Source: Ranitomeya imitator (taxonomy: Eukaryota). Taken from it: a stretch of DNA of 64,000 bases. Within the stretch, counting starts at the first letter, position 1, and the number at the start of each line of letters is the position of its first letter. Positions 49,399 through 64,000 of the stretch are shown here, piece by piece. The position numbers and the translations under genes are program-made. The stretch lies in NCBI RefSeq assembly GCF_032444005.1, contig NC_091289.1, positions 26,536,001-26,600,000 on the forward strand, read 5' to 3'. The notes below the pieces were generated by a model. The model ran no database searches. It had not been told where the DNA came from and saw only the letters and a list, made by a program, of their open reading frames with translations.

Positions 49399-52300
49399 CT
49401 GTAGAGAAGAAGAAAAGAAAAAAACATAGTGACAAGGGTCGTTAGCAACACTGAGACTACTACTTGAAATGAGGCAGACAACAACAGCGGTGAATATTCC
49501 CCGATTCCTAGTGTACCTTATGATATTTATATATTCACATCACACTCTCAGACACTCACCCAAAAAGCTCCGAGTCCCTAAATACACTACAAGGTATTAA
49601 TTTAAAACTGTCATGGATGTCATTAAAAAAGCAATTTTAAGAGCTCAATAATGCTCGCCTTCACAAAGAAACGTCGGAAAATATTTATGCGGCCAATAAA
49701 ATGATAGATCAGTTGGAATCTATGTATTTTTCACTTGTTTGTCTCTTTGGCTTTTATGCCTTTTTTATGGAGCAATAAAACCGATGAAGTGTCTTGTGCT
49801 ACATGCCCAAGCCAAAGGCGATATCATAAGTAGCCCCCATAAATAATGAGCGCGGAGCACACCCCTCTCTACCTCAATTCACTTCTCAAGTAGAACATTG
49901 AAATGTCCTTTGTTACAGGAAAAAAAATGTCACTGGCGAAGCGGAAGACAGCAGACCTCTCTGTCCCCAGACTCCCCTCGCGTAATTAGGCTATCACACA
50001 ATGCACTATACACAGACTGAACAAAGTGGTGTGATATTCTAGAGGATGGCCGACCACAAATACATTCAGGTTTTGGTGTGCCGAAAGCTGATAAATTAAA
50101 AAAGTACAATTTAAATTAGCTTTACATTTATTTGACCAGTTTTCTACCACAAGTTAAAGAGGTTGACCACTTCATTATTGATGACGCATCCTTAGTATAG
50201 GCAATCCATATCAGATTAGTGAAGGTGCGACCTGCGGCAGCACCAACAATCAGCCGTTACTGGACCGGATAGAAGTTCTCAGATGCTCCCGGGAAAGCAG
50301 CAGCACCGTCAAAACTATAGTGGTCGTTGCCGAATTATATAGATCAATCCCCTATTCATTTAAATAAGGGTGGATCTCCACTACTCAGCCGCGGTCACAA
50401 TATAAATGACTGAATCACTATGTTCAGCCTCAGCCACCAGCTGAGATCTTTGGACCAGCACAGATAAGATCTGATGGGCAGAGGAATCGGGTGTCGCACC
50501 CTCACTGATCAGAGATCTATGTCCTATCCTGAGGATAGACTATCAAAAAAAAAAAAAGTAGTGGCCAACCCCTCCAAGACTGAATTCACATCCATATGTG
50601 ACATCTTGCCCAAAAAACTAACAGGTTCATATACACCGAAGAGACTGTTAGTTTGAGTCAGAAGACACGTAGTCGGTCTAGGGATTATGGTCTTCACATG
50701 TTCCGTAAAATATGAGCCTGTGATTTAAGCTTAAAAAGATTGAGATCTGGACCCGACTTGTTGACAACAACCTCAGGGGCGGTCTAAGGTTGCTCGGAGG
50801 TGGGACTACCAACTTAATAGATCGTAAGCAATTTCTTTATATAGAAAATAGTAAAATCATATAAGCAAAGTTCCAACAACTACACAAGGTTTGAATGAGC
50901 AAATTGGTCCACAGCTACAGTCTATAGACTGGTAACGGTACCCAATTTTGTATTAAAAGAGAATCTGTCACTATGAAAATTGTCGCTGAACTAATACAAT
51001 ATGTAGACAACTGATGAAAGATTCCAACAGTGTAATTCTATCGGAGCTCGCTCTGTTTCTCACGTAAGCCGGCACACAGTCCATGGTGTGCACTGTAATG
51101 CATCCTCCGGACTCCTAAACTCAGAGATAAAATCCAGCATGGACTCCTACGCGGTTCAGTTCATTATAGACTACAGGTCAATTGCAGATCTACTCTATGG
51201 GAGGATTTAACTGTGAAAGGGACATCAGAGAGAATTACGTAGTTGTAGTTCAGCTCTCCACATATTATAGTAGTTCACAGGCAAATTCATTTTAGCTGCT
51301 ACCTGCTATTATGTTGCATACACATTGAACACCTTTAGTAATTGGTTACTACTATATTACCATATGCAATAGAATTGAGTGGCTTTTAATACATGCATAT
51401 GGCACCTTGAAAATATGAGGGCAACAACTGGTTAAGTCTGGATGGAGCCTAGAGCACTATATAGTAATATACAGTAGTAGATACAGTAGGATTGAAGAAG
51501 AAAAAACTCTATAGCAAAGATACCAATTGAATCATTATCGAACAGCTTTGTACACAAAGTGACTACATCGGAAACGTCAACTCAACCCATGATTGGTGAC
51601 CTGCCCTCAACCAGCGATTGACTGAGAGGATCTGTCCAGCCATTACTAGTGGGTTGAGGATGGGACCGGGAAGTACCGACTAGTGAAACTGGGTAAAATC
51701 TGAAACAAAACCCATGAGGGATTCAAGAGGGTAATTATTTTTACCTAGCCTGAGTAAGCAAACCTCTGTAAGGGATGCCACAGGGAATTAGGTCATTTAT
51801 ATGGGCTGGCAGGTAAAAAGTTGAAATAAAGGACACTTTGATTTCTGCGATCCGATGTCTAATTCCAGAGAAATCCATATTTTTCTAAATATGTAAATGA
51901 GCTGTTAAGATCTATGGTCCAGGAATAGATCTTCCTGAGAATCAACCTTCAGAGCTTATTTGAAATGAAACGTGGTGTTACCAGTATGAGACATGTAATG
52001 ACTGACAGTCTGCTCTACTGATCTACATGCTTTACACGTGTAATGTGCTCTTTCAGTTAAAATAAGCTCTGCAGGCAGCTTCTTTGGATGATCTATGTTC
52101 CTCCCATAGATCTTAAAAGCTAATTTACATATTAAGAAAAACATGGATTTCTCTGGAATAAGACATCGGATCACGTATCAAGTTATCATTTTATTCAGCT
52201 TCCTATGACCTATATGCTCCTACAGTGGGTTTAGAAAGATTGATCCTGCTGACAGATTGTCTAACTTTCAAAACGTATTATACAGCCATTCTGACATGCA

Positions 52301-54624
52301 TTTTCAAAATGTGTGCATTAGCATCAGCAGGTCTAAGATATATTTATTAATGTGTGCAGTTTGTAATCTAAAAAGGTATCTTCTCGTATTGGACATTAAT
52401 GAACACAAAGCAAAGTAATACATTTGTCGACATAGCTGGTATTGAAAAGTCTTAAAAGGGTGGTCTGGTGCCTAAAATGTATTAACAAAATATATATCCT
52501 TACATCTTAACCCCTTTTGTAATTTGCTATATTAAACAACAACCTACACTTATTCCCCTTATCTAGCTAATCCCTAGGTATTTTTTATTGTACTTCCTGA
52601 AATGTTTCGTTTGAAAGGAGTCTCAAAACATGACATCACAGGAAGCCGGGGCTGCACTCACTCCCTGCAGCATCCATTGCACTTCCTGAAATGGGATGTC
52701 ATCAGGGGGCAGCGCTGCAGTTACTCATTAGTTTCTTCCATTGTTGCCCCTCTGAAAACATCCAGGATAATGGGTGATGGACACAGTCAGAGATGCTCTG
52801 AAAACATCCAGGATAATGGGTGATGGACACAGTTAGAGATGCGAGTGCAGCGTCGGCATTCCGCTTCCATCTCCGCTAGTTTTTTATTTTTTTAATCAAG
52901 ATTGAAATTTCAATTTACTTGGATTTTAGGACAAAAAAAAAGGACATTCATTTTTTTCATGTGAACATTGATATCAATATAGGAACATCTCATATTGGTG
53001 CCTAAGGTTACTGTGTATCAAAGGGGAACAAAATGGAGGCTTTTTTTGGAAGGGACGCCAACACGCTAATAACAGATAAAAGCGATATGCAATGCCAAGA
53101 TAAAACATTCCTAGTTTTCAATTAATTTGACATAATTAATATCGTGTTCCCTACATCTATACGTGTTCATGAATTGACAGTGATCTGAACTATATTCGCA
53201 AGGCAAGTTGCTTTTGCTAATTATTGCTCGCCCAACTTTATCTTCCCCCAACTGCCGTCCCTTATGATAATGTAATAGTTACAAAGAAAATCATCCTGGA
53301 ACATTGTAACCTTGTGCGTCGTTCAATTGATTCCTTCTCTATTCTCTGAACCAGAGTGGTTCCTTACGTGACCCAGATAACAATGTCTAGTGGGGGAACA
53401 GAAAATATAAATGGAAATGAAGGAAAGTAATCTTTATCTGGGAGTGTTATTGTGGAAGTTATGGAGCTGGCCCAGAGGACTGCACATTCAGATATAAAAT
53501 CCGAAAAAAAAAAAGTCATTAGGCGATGTATTGTAGGCGCTGGCATTTTTCATGTACACACACAATTCCAGATTCCGTTATTTTACCAGCCGGTTCAGAT
53601 TAACGTTAAATGAAGCCCTCGGAAACCTGCAAGTGTTACTTTGATTTCTTGCAAGGGCAAAGAAATGTGTGCTGGTTTAAAGAGGAGAATGCTGAATGAG
53701 GAAATCCTAAAATAGTTTGGAGCTGAAATAATATTTGCATTTAAAAGCAATCTGGCCAAGTCATTTTTTTTCTCTGACTGGTCAAGTCTTTCCTTAACCC
53801 TTAGGATACTAGGGATTGCCCTCAACCATACATGACTAACTATGGGTTCCCCATTTGAAGAAGTTTGTTGTGTCCAAAAAAGTAGTTAATCTGATGATGG
53901 TTTGGAAGCTAAATGTCACATATTCCTTCATTTACTTTTTGCTCTAGGGGCAAAATATATATATATATATTCCTTTTGTGCTATTGAAGAGTCGGAGATT
54001 CCGATTTAGCCTGGATTTAAATGGGTCATGCGTTGCGAAAAAGAAAAAGTGACTGAGGCAGAAATCAGGATGGAGTGCAACTGCGTAATACAGATCAGAT
54101 CTAAATTCAGTCTCCCTACACAGATCACAAGGCTTGATGACGACTGTGGCAAACGTGGAAGTGTAGAAGGACTTGCTCTAGTAGGAAAGCCAATCGGTGG
54201 CTCTGTGGGTAGTAAAACACTTCTTAGAAGAGGTCTTCGAAAATACCTTTTCACTATTGTTTCCATCATAAACTTTACAAGTTGTCAAAATTTTATTTTA
54301 GTGGCCTAGTGTTATTTCTTGATTCAAAACTATAATATAGATAAGACCACATTTTGGTTAATTAGCAAACATTTTTTTAAATTTCAAGAGATTGTCTACT
54401 TTTGTATGGTCTGAATTCAAGTGAAATTTCAGAGTATGTAGAAATGAGTGATTTTTTTTTTCAAGTAGAATGGAATTTTTCCAAAAAATGTGCATGTAAG
54501 GGGTGGCAGAAACTGGTGTATGCCCAACCACCCCTTTATACATGTCCTGGTTCACAGTTTGTATATTGTTGTTTTTACTATGCCATTACAAGTGTTGCTG
54601 TGTATTTCTATATTACCTTTGTGT

Positions 54625-55450
54625 ATATGAAGTTCTAGGGAAAGTACAGTGCTAAATTTAGCCACTAGATGGGGGCACAGAGAACATTGCACTGTAGACG
54701 TTATAGGAGGAATAAGGATACTAGCATGTAAATAGTTAATGATAGGAGGGACTTGGTGGATAAGGCAGGAAGGACTTCCTGATAGATCTCAGTCATGGCT
54801 GGGTGCCCGTAGAGCGTAGAAGGGCGCGCCTTCGCCCTTGGTTGACACCATGCCACGTAACGTTATGAAGGACAAGGCCCAGTCATCTGTTATCTAGTGG
54901 ATCAGCAGCAGTGGAAGCAGTGCAGCAGGGTGGGCAGTGCAGAATAAGTGGGTCTGCAGTTGCCACCAGAAGACTAAGCAGTACGGGCAGGTCATCCAGG
55001 ATGTGGCAGCTTATCGCGTGGGCGGATGCCCTCAGGACTGTGACAAAGCGGTAGTGGGGGCCCTCTTAACGGATTAAGCCTGCACAGGGTTGACGCTGAG
55101 GATACAGAAGGTACGGTCCGCCCCAGAAGCAAGCTTAGTGACAGGAACAGAAAAGCAGGGAAAGTGACAGAATTGTGCACTGTGGAACCTGATGTAACCA
55201 CTGTAAAGAATATGGATGTGCTGCGTACAGGAATAAGTAAAGCTGTTGTTGTTAAAGTTGAGCTGGACTGTGTCTCTCATTGTGCAATACAGTCTTCAAG
55301 GAGCCTACGGAAACACAGAATGGACCCTGATGGCGCAGAGACACAGGACGCAGGTACGCAGCAGAATGGACACTATTGTATTGTGAGGGGAGGCCAGGGT
55401 GTGATCCAGAAATTGCCCTCAGCCATGACTACCTCTTTGGCCCAACCTTA
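54625..55450 (+). mobile_element. Possible solo LTR (boundaries uncertain)
   Basis: GC-richer island with a late AATAAGTAAAGCTGTT..GGACTGTGTCTCTCATTG segment, ending ...ACCTTACA. No clean TSD found. Confidence 0.35.
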
Positions 55451-56912
55451 CATGTATTCTCCAGAATCTGGAATGTTTTCAATTTGCTTAGAGAGCATTC
55501 AAAATAATGGCTGCACGAATAAAAAATAAATAAATTAATCACCTTACCGCTAACCTGTCCCACCACCCTATGCAGCCCGCTTTCCAACCCACTGTACTTC
55601 TTTTCACCTTCGTGGGTATTCTCTTTGGCCTCTTCACTCCAGATCCTGGCTTTCTGCTCTACAAGGTCTCTGTGCACCATGAAGTTTCGCAGCATTTCGG
55701 GATGTCACAACGCTACGATTCTCATCTCCTGAGTGATAGTACAGAGATGTCTAAGGTCTAGATGAGCCGCAAGTCAAAAGCCAAAGAGAACACGCCCAAC
55801 AGGGGAAAAGAAGAGGTGCAAAGGACTGAATGGGGAACTGCAGGAACATCCACACAAGTGAGCGGGAAGCATTTTTTTCCCTTTACATCCCAGAGACCAC
55901 AGAGCATAATAAGGAACTTTCAACATACATCGAATAACTTTGCTGCACATCGAATTTCCCAGTAAAGTTTATGCAATTTGGCAAATTCAAATTTTGTCAG
56001 ATTCGATCATCTGCAACACCATGTATATCTACGAGAAGGAGAATCACTGCTAAACTTAATTGTACTCCTGCATCTGGAGAAGACTATGAAAATTTAAGAA
56101 ATGATTATCCTGAAACCGACATCCTTAAATTAACTATATATCTTGGTACCGTGTTAGCCAGTGGATAGAAAAATATCTAGAATTGAGAGTAGGTATCAAC
56201 TACTGAGGACTCTCAATTCTAAATATTTTTCTATCCTTAAATTAAAGCAGAGATGTACCACAAAAGGATCTCTTGCTCTGTTGGACCAGGTGTGTCCATG
56301 CATTACCAGGACAGCTCATGAATTTTATTAGGACTGCTATAATGCTTACGGTAATTTCCTCTGTGATGGTACTGCAAAAGAATTAACACTTGCTGACGAG
56401 TTCCCAGCACAGATTACACAGACTCTTGATGGTCACAGAAGCAGAATGCGGTGTTCAGCTTCACAATAAGACATTCCAATATAAAAAAAAGGTTGCCCAT
56501 TATTGACAATCCCAATGTTTTTCTCCCCAAGAAAAAAACCCATACCTGTTCATGGGCTGGATCAAATACAGTAGAATATCTCAGAGATGAGCTACAATAT
56601 TGCCCATAGACCAATGTAATAATAATAATATATATATATACACATTTATTTATTCATATTCTGGTTTTAAAGTGTAAGCCATGACCAACATTGATACAGT
56701 TTGCTAGTCAAAAGATTAATTATACGGAGGAGGCCTTTCTGGCAGAGGACCGTCTGACCCGAATTTAGAATTGCAACTAGCAAGGGAAGTCCAAAGTCCA
56801 AAAGTGGACAACTTCCATAGTAAGAGCAGAAAGAGAAGAAACTTACCCCACCCCACCCACAACTACTAACAGGAGTCCCCACAACATAAATGATTGCCCA
56901 GGATAACATTAC

Positions 56913-57103
56913 CAGTTCCTTTTCGCTGTCATTGTCTTTAATGTATGTCTTCTCCTTTTCTTCATCATTTTTGGTCCAGCTGTAAGATACCATGTAGTTC
57001 ATGATTGGAGGGTGGTAAACAAAGGTTGGCTTCTTCCAAGAAACAACTAAAGCCGTCTTGTTAACTGGTTGCACTGTCATGCTGACTGGTGGGGAGCTGC
57101 AGA
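56913..57103 (-). CDS. PTPRG: PTPRG coding exon, N-terminal part of the FN3 domain (191 bp)
   Basis: ttttag acceptor and GTAATG donor. Encodes (V)[63 protein letters not shown], recognised as PTPRG FN3. Phase 1 in, phase 0 out. Confidence 0.95.
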
Positions 57104-57973
57104 CTAAAAGACAAAATACATGGTTACTCTCTGGGATTTAATTACTAGAATGTCAACTATACATCAATCTGAGCCTCTTAGTTACAAGGTTCTATGGAAA
57201 GGCGGGACGCTTTACAGAATGCATCTTAAATGGTTTCCCATGTGCATGGATAACAAACACATGCTCCAGAAGAAGCCATTGTATCCTTGCTACCTCAAGA
57301 AGCCTTTGCTCATAGATGGCCTATTGTACCTGGAAATGGGCAAAAACAACAGATAAGGGAGGGTGGGGCGTCATGGGAGCAATTTTCAGAATTTAACATG
57401 TGTAACACATAGCTGTTCTCTCATGAAGTCTTTAAGGACCTCGATCATATGAGGTGGTGGAGAATGTAAAAATGGTTTGAAGACATCCATTAGCACAAAA
57501 TCACTGTTCAAACCAAACACATGCACTCCGTTAGTACACCTTCACACCTACTTTTTCTACATTTCTCTCAGCCCCCACTCTTCCCTAATTGCCAGCCAGA
57601 AAGGGGCAAAAACAGGTGAAAAACAAGCAGGTCGGAAGGTGCGCTGAACTTCTCGGCCCGGCCACAACAACAGTGCACCGATGCTTGGTTTGAACAGTAA
57701 TTTTGTACCAACAGATGCTCTTTGTAAAAGCTCCACAAGTGTCTTGTAGACATTGTTAGACCTTGAAGACTCTTCAGGTTAAAAAATAACACATAGTGGT
57801 ATTACTGGTGAAACAGAAGCAACCTCAGGAAACTTTCGCCAAGGAAGAAAAAAAAAAGAGAAATATTATTTATCTGCACAAATAAGGACTGAAAAAGTTA
57901 GCGTTTGAGGGATACGATCTCCAGCTAGAAATTGATTTTTTTTCTTGAAAAAATTCTGTTTAATTCATAAATA

Positions 57974-59560
57974 CACTACTGTTCAAAAGTTTATGGTCAC
58001 CCAGACAATTTTATGTTTTCCATGAAAACTCTTACTTTTATTAATCAAATGAGTTGCCAAATGAATTGAAAATCTAGTCCAGACATTGACAAGGTTCGAA
58101 AAAAAGATTTTTATTTGAAATAATAATTTTCTCATTCAAACTTTGCTTTCGTCAAAGAATGCTACCTTTGCAGCAATTCCAGCATTGAAGACCTTTGGCA
58201 TTCTAGCAGTTAATTTGCTGAGATAATCTGGAAAAATTTCACCCCATGCTTCGAGAAGCCTCTCCCACAAGTTGGTTTGGCTTGATGGGCACTTTTGCGT
58301 ACCATACGGTCAAGCTGCTCCCACAACAGCTCAAAGGGGTTGAGATCTGGTGACTGCGCTGGCCACTCCACTACAGATAGAATACCAGCTGCCGGCTTCT
58401 TCCCTAAATAGTTCTTGCATAATTTGGAGCTTTGGGTCATTGTCCTGATGTAGGATGAAATTGGCTCCAATCAAGCGCTGTCCACAGGGTATGGCATGGC
58501 ATTGGAAAATGGAGTGATAGCCTTCCTTATTCAAAATCCCTTTTACCTTGTACAAATCTCCCACTTTACCAGCACCAAAGCAAACCCAAACCATCACATT
58601 ACCTCCACCATGCTTGACAGATGGCGTCAGGCACTCTTCCAGCATCTTTTCAGTTGTTCTACATCTCACGAATGTTCTTCTGTGTGATCCAAACACCTCA
58701 AACTTGGATTTGTCTGTCCATAACACTTTTTTTCCAATCTTCCTCTGTCCAATGTCTGTGTTCTTTTGCCCATATTAATCTTTTCCTTTTATTAGCCAGT
58801 CTCAGATATGGCTTTTTCTTTGCTACTCTGCCCTGAAGGCCAGCATCCCGGAGTCTCCTCTTCACTGTAGACGTTGACACTAGTGTTTTGCGTGTACTAT
58901 TTAATGAAGCTGCCAGTTGAGGACCTGTGAGGCGTCGATGTACTTGTCTTGTTGCTCAGTTGTGCAGCGGGGCCTCCCACTTCTCTTTCTACTCTGGTTA
59001 GAGCCTGTTTGTGCTCTCCTCTGAGGGGAGTAGTACACACCGTTGTAGGAAATCTGCAGTTTCTTGGCAACTTCTCGCATGGAATAGCCTTCATTTCTAA
59101 GAACAAGAATATAATGTCGAGTTTCACATGAAAGTTCTTTTTTTCTGGCCATTTTGAGAGTTTAATGGAACCAACACATGTAATGCTTCAGATTCTCAAC
59201 TAACTCAAAGGAAGGTCAGGTTTATAGGTTGTATAATCAGCCAAACTGTTTTCAGCTGTGCTAACATACTTGCACAAGGGTTTTCAAGGGTATTCTAACC
59301 ATCCATTAGCCTTCTTACACAGCAAATACAAAGTACCATAAGAACAGTGGAGTGATGGTTGTTGGAAATGAGCCTTCATATACCTAGGAAGATATTGCAT
59401 TACAAACCAGACATTTGCTGCTAGAATAGTCATTTACCACATTAACAATGTATAGCATGTATTTCTGAATTATTTAATGTTGGCTTCATTGGAAAAAACT
59501 GAGCTTTTCTTTCAAAAATAAGGAAATTTCTAAGTGACCCTAAATTCTTGAACGGTAGTG
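57974..59560 (-). mobile_element. Full-length decayed Tc1
   Basis: TA|CACTACTGTTCAAAAGTT...TTCTTGAACGGTAGTG|TA. Minus-strand fragments MARKKELSCETR, WTDKSKFEVFG, KHGGGNVMVW, HQDNDPK and WPAQSPDLNPFELLW. Confidence 0.9.
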
Positions 59561-62511
59561 TATTTTTCTAATAAAAACAGATATTTGACAAAAGGAAAAA
59601 AATATCAAAATGTCATAAGCAGCCTGTGCAGAGACCAGTCAAGGAAAAAAAAAAAAAAGAGATTGGAAATAAACAAATGTCGATGTAAGAGTCGGTAACC
59701 ACAATGTCGTAAAATGGATGCTGAATAATGAAAGCAATCAACTCAAGACAGAAAGTTAACCATGGCATTGATCACAATGTGCTAGAATGAGAACATCTTG
59801 GTCTAGAAAAAGAATGATGGCCAAGTAGGAATGAGAAAGGAGGAGAAAAGAAGGGAGAGAAATGCAAAAATAAAAGGATTTTTCTCCCTTTAAGTAGAGA
59901 AATGGTAAGTACCATGAAGCCTTTGGGCATGTCCCCCCGCATGGTTTGGGACCTGAAGAACATGTTGGCTTATATGTTGTTGTTCGTTCTTAAAGCATAG
60001 CCAATAATGTCATAACTAAAGACATTTTCCAAAATTATGTAAAATCTAGGATTTGGTTCACCTTTTTGGTGTATAGGGATAACCTTTTCCCAAAAGCTCA
60101 ATATGTATAAATTATCAAACTATTGAATTAAGATACGTCTAATTCTACATTAGAATTCTAAGGGACGTCTAATTCTACATAGTCTGAGTTACGAGGGATG
60201 AATCAGAGTCCCAAAATTTGTTGCATTTCTGACAATCCCCCAAAAATATGCAAAATGGTTCACTCATGTGATGCCTCTTCCATTGGCATTGAGGAAGGTC
60301 GAAAGGAAGGTCTTTTCAGTTTTGGTTGAGTCGTTTTCTATTGAAGCGGTTCAGCTTCATTTATAGAATAATGTTTCACCCCAGTTGGCCCAAAAGACTG
60401 AAATCGAAATCTCAGGACCCTTCTTTGTACTATATTGCACCCAAAACACTCAAGTTCTTTTATTGAGGGGTCAATTAAAAAGGGACAAAGCTTAAGGTAA
60501 AGTAGACTCTGGGAGTGTCCCCAGGTTGGCTCTGAAATGTCCATAATTTGGACATTCAGATGTTGGTAGTATAAGTTCTTGTTACATAAGGTCAAGGTCA
60601 CACGTTCAGTAATTGGTCATTATTTCACATCAGTATTTGTAAGCCAAAATTAGGAGTGGAACTATCAGAGGAAAAGTATCATAGAAACACGCCACCACTT
60701 CGCATTTTTCACCCACTCCTGGTTTTGGCTTATAAATACTGATGTGAAATACTGACCAAATACTGATAGTGTGAACATGGCCTAAGTGTTGAGTTGACAA
60801 TCATGGTCTTCAATGATCTTCTTGAAATATAGAACTGCAGACACAACATAAGTATTATATTTGTCACCTACAGGCGGAGACGAGTCTTCTGATAAATGGT
60901 ATCTATCTGAAGACTTGTGATGTGAGATACAGAGATAAGGCCATGGCCTGAGGCTACTAGTAGACATTTTCTAATATAACGCAAAAAGAAGTGATCACAG
61001 CTTATACTTCAGGCATGGGAGACGCAAGAACTTTAATTATACATATTATTAAAAGTCATGTTCAGACATATTACACCCTTGGCTGGTTGAAGCAATGCTG
61101 TGAGGTTCAGTTTTCGATCATTTCCTCGTTCTTCGAATGAGCATCTTGTCTTTAAATTTTATTACTCAAATACATCAATTCTAAATGACAAGGTGACAAA
61201 TGGCGAGGAACTTCAACTCAATCTGATCCTGCCTACGAAAATGAAGAAACGAATGAATTAGACTTTGGGACTTTCTTCACTCCCTCCCGGCAAACTCTTT
61301 CACATGCTCCGGTAGACTGACAGTTTGAGATGAAATTCAGACTTTTGCATTAAAACCCATCATTTTCATAAATGATCGGCTCCTGGAAACACGAGTCAAA
61401 CCAATCTTCCATGCTTCCGACACCTGCAACGCATGGTGGCCAATAACCATGTAGGTTTTCAATTTTTTTTCGCCATTACGAAGACTCAAATCTTTACGCT
61501 ATATTTTTTTTAATCCAAATTCCCGACTATACAGTGTTTTTACAGGATCAACAAGAGTTTATTATGAGGCATTTCTATAACCAAGTACTTCATCCCATAT
61601 CCATGGCCAAGTGAGAACCTACACTGTACTGGATAAGAAAGGGGGTAAAACAAAATACTTTGGGGTCAGCGGATGAATAATAGAGTGCTTCTAAATATTA
61701 TACCAGTATTTAGGTGGCCATTCACATTAGTTTTAGGTCATTCGAATGACTAATATTTAGAGAGATGTTTCTACCTTCCCTCATGGTGGAAGAGATCAGT
61801 AAAAAAAAAGTATCTGGCTGGTGGATTTTAACATGTAAAATCTTTTTGTTCTTACGGGTGGTAAGCCTTCAACAGATTGACCACAGCGGCTTAGGCTAAG
61901 CACACACTGAATTTCGGACTACTTTTGGGAGTAAATGCTCAAGATGTATGCTCCTAACAAACGTCAGTCTGGATGGACTCAGTGGTATCCGACCACCATA
62001 GTATACACTTTACCAGGCATACATGTTTTTGTAAGTACACTCTATACATTTAGCGTTACTCACTTTTCTTCTTTCAGAACACATGCACACTGAGCCTGAT
62101 GGAGGGAAAGAAAAGTGCGCAACTGACTATTGCAATAAAAAGTATACACCTACCACTAATGAACAGAGAAGAAAAACATGGCTGCATCTTCTTTTCTAAG
62201 CCGTGTCATATCTATTTGGTTGTTTCTGGTATTGCAGTTCGGCTCAAATGAAGATAATTAGGGAAGAGTTCCAATACCACACACAACCGGACGGCTGGAA
62301 TGGCACGGTTTTTGAAATCCTGTTCGACTTGGGAAGTCATAAATCCATTCAATATGTAACTTTAAAAAAGCACTCTCTTGAAAGATTTTACCCTCTTAAT
62401 ATATTGCAATCATCATATTTTATAGCGCTGCGTAAGTACACTTTCATATTTTGCCTTTCTACCCAGTTAATGCTTCTCTTTTCTATTATTTCGATGATAT
62501 CACGTGATTAA

Positions 62512-62762
62512 AAACAGACTAGCTGAATCCTTCTAAGCTCTATGTAGAAAGAGGAAGTCTCTTTTCCCTGCATGAGTCATTAGAACTGCAATCCTATATC
62601 ACTGGCAGGAGAGGATCAGCTTTGTCAGGAGTTGGAGAGGAGGTGGAGCTAAGCTGCCAGAGACTTTGCAGTGATGTAGAATTGTAGTTCTAATGACAAC
62701 TCATGCAGGGAAAAGAGACTTCATTTTACTACATAGAGCTTAGAATGATTCAAACAGTGTTT
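62512..62762. mobile_element. TTAA-flanked palindromic MITE
   Basis: Arm TTCTAAGCTCTATGTAG..AAGTCTCTTTTCCCTGCATGAG and its reverse complement; TTAA at both ends. Confidence 0.65.
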
Positions 62763-62865
62763 TTAATCAGGTGTCAGACCTAATGGAAAAGAAGCATTAA
62801 CTGAGTAGAAAGGCAAAATGAGAAATTGTAAGTACACAGTGCTATGTAACATGATCAACAATATA

Positions 62866-64000
62866 CAGTACAGACCAAAAGTTTGGACACACCTTCTCAT
62901 TTAAAGATTTTTCTGTATTTTCATGACTATGAAAATTGTACATTCTCACTGAAGGCATCAAAACTATGAATTAACACATGTGGAATTATATACTTAACAA
63001 AAAAGTGTGAAACAACTGAAAATATGTCTTATATTCTAGGTTCTTCAAAGTAGCCACCTTTTTGCTTTGATGACTGCTTTGCACACTCTTGGCATTCTCT
63101 TGATGAGCTTCAAGAGGTAGTCACCGGGAATGCTTTTCAATTCATAGGTGTGCCCTGTCAGGATTAATAAATGGGATTTCTTGCCTTATAAATGGGGTTG
63201 GGACCATCAGTTGTGTTGTGCAGAAGTCTGGTGGATACACAGCTGATAGTCCTACTGAATAGACTGTAAATACAAGTTCAATGGCAAGATAAAAGCAGCC
63301 AAGTAAAGAAAAACGAGTGGCCATCATTACTGAAATGAAGGTCAGTCAGTCCGAAAAATTGGGAAAACTTTGAAAGTGTCCCCAAGTGCAGTAGCAAAAA
63401 CCATTAAGCGCTACAAAGAAACTGGCTCACATGAGGACCGCCCCAGGAAAGGAAGACCAAGAGTCACCTCTGCTTCTGAAGATAATGCCACAAAGAGTTC
63501 TAGCAGCAGACATCTCTCTACAACAACTGTTAAGAGCAGACTTTGTGCAGCGGGCCTTCATGGTAAAATAGCTGCTAGGAACCACTGCTAAGGACAGGCA
63601 ACAAGCAGAAGAGAATTGTTTGGGCTAAACAACAGAAGGAATGGACATTAGACCAGTGGAAATCTGTGCTTTGGTCTGATGAGTCCAAATTTGAGATCTT
63701 TGGTTCCAACCACCGTGTCTTTGTGCGACGCAGAAAAGGTGAACGGATGGACTCTACATGCCTGGTTCCCACCGTGAAGCATGGAGGAGAAGATGTGATG
63801 GTGTGGGGGGGCTTTGCTGGTGACACTGTGAACCAGCATGGCTACCACAGCATCTTGTAGTGGCATGCTATTCCATCCGGTTTGCGTTTAGTTGAACCAT
63901 CATTTATTTTTCAACAGGACAATGATCCCAAACACACCTCCAGGCTGCGTAAGAGCTATTTGACCAAGAAGGAGAGTGATGGGGTGCCACACCAGATGAC
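62866..64000 (+). mobile_element. Decayed Tc1, same family as 38935-40545, running off the window end
   Basis: Starts TA|CAGTACAGACCAAAAGTTTGGACACACC. Fragments GRPRVTS, WSDESKFEIFG, KHGGEDVMVW and QQDNDPKH. Confidence 0.9.

Noticed and set aside
55429-55735. Minus-strand segment with acceptor- and donor-like sites
   Set aside because: In-frame TGA when entered in the required phase 0; no recognisable homology.
57104-64000. Upstream PTPRG carbonic-anhydrase-domain exon
   Set aside because: Not found by eye; probably beyond the window end.

Overview
Vertebrate genomic DNA, most likely anuran (inferred from the repeat content). The window covers five coding exons of a PTPRG-type receptor tyrosine phosphatase on the minus strand: FN3 domain, Ser/Thr/acidic spacer and transmembrane helix. 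Their large introns are full of repeats: two intact inverted Tc1 transposons, several decayed Tc1/mariner copies, MITEs and minisatellites. The standout is an apparently intact 7.4-kb Penelope-like retroelement (41016-48434, minus strand). It has ~2.1-kb direct pseudo-LTRs, each carrying a hammerhead ribozyme motif with a predicted pseudoknot, and it is flanked by a 373-bp direct duplication. It is bicistronic: an RG-rich ORF1 overlaps the RT/GIY-YIG ORF2 in the -1 frame. The overlap contains two in-frame slippery heptamers (G GGA AAA, U UUU UUA) and ends in a TAATG stop-start. A related non-coding Penelope derivative with inverted arms and the same ribozyme motif lies at 1041-2832. All structure and function statements come from manual reading; nothing was computed or searched.
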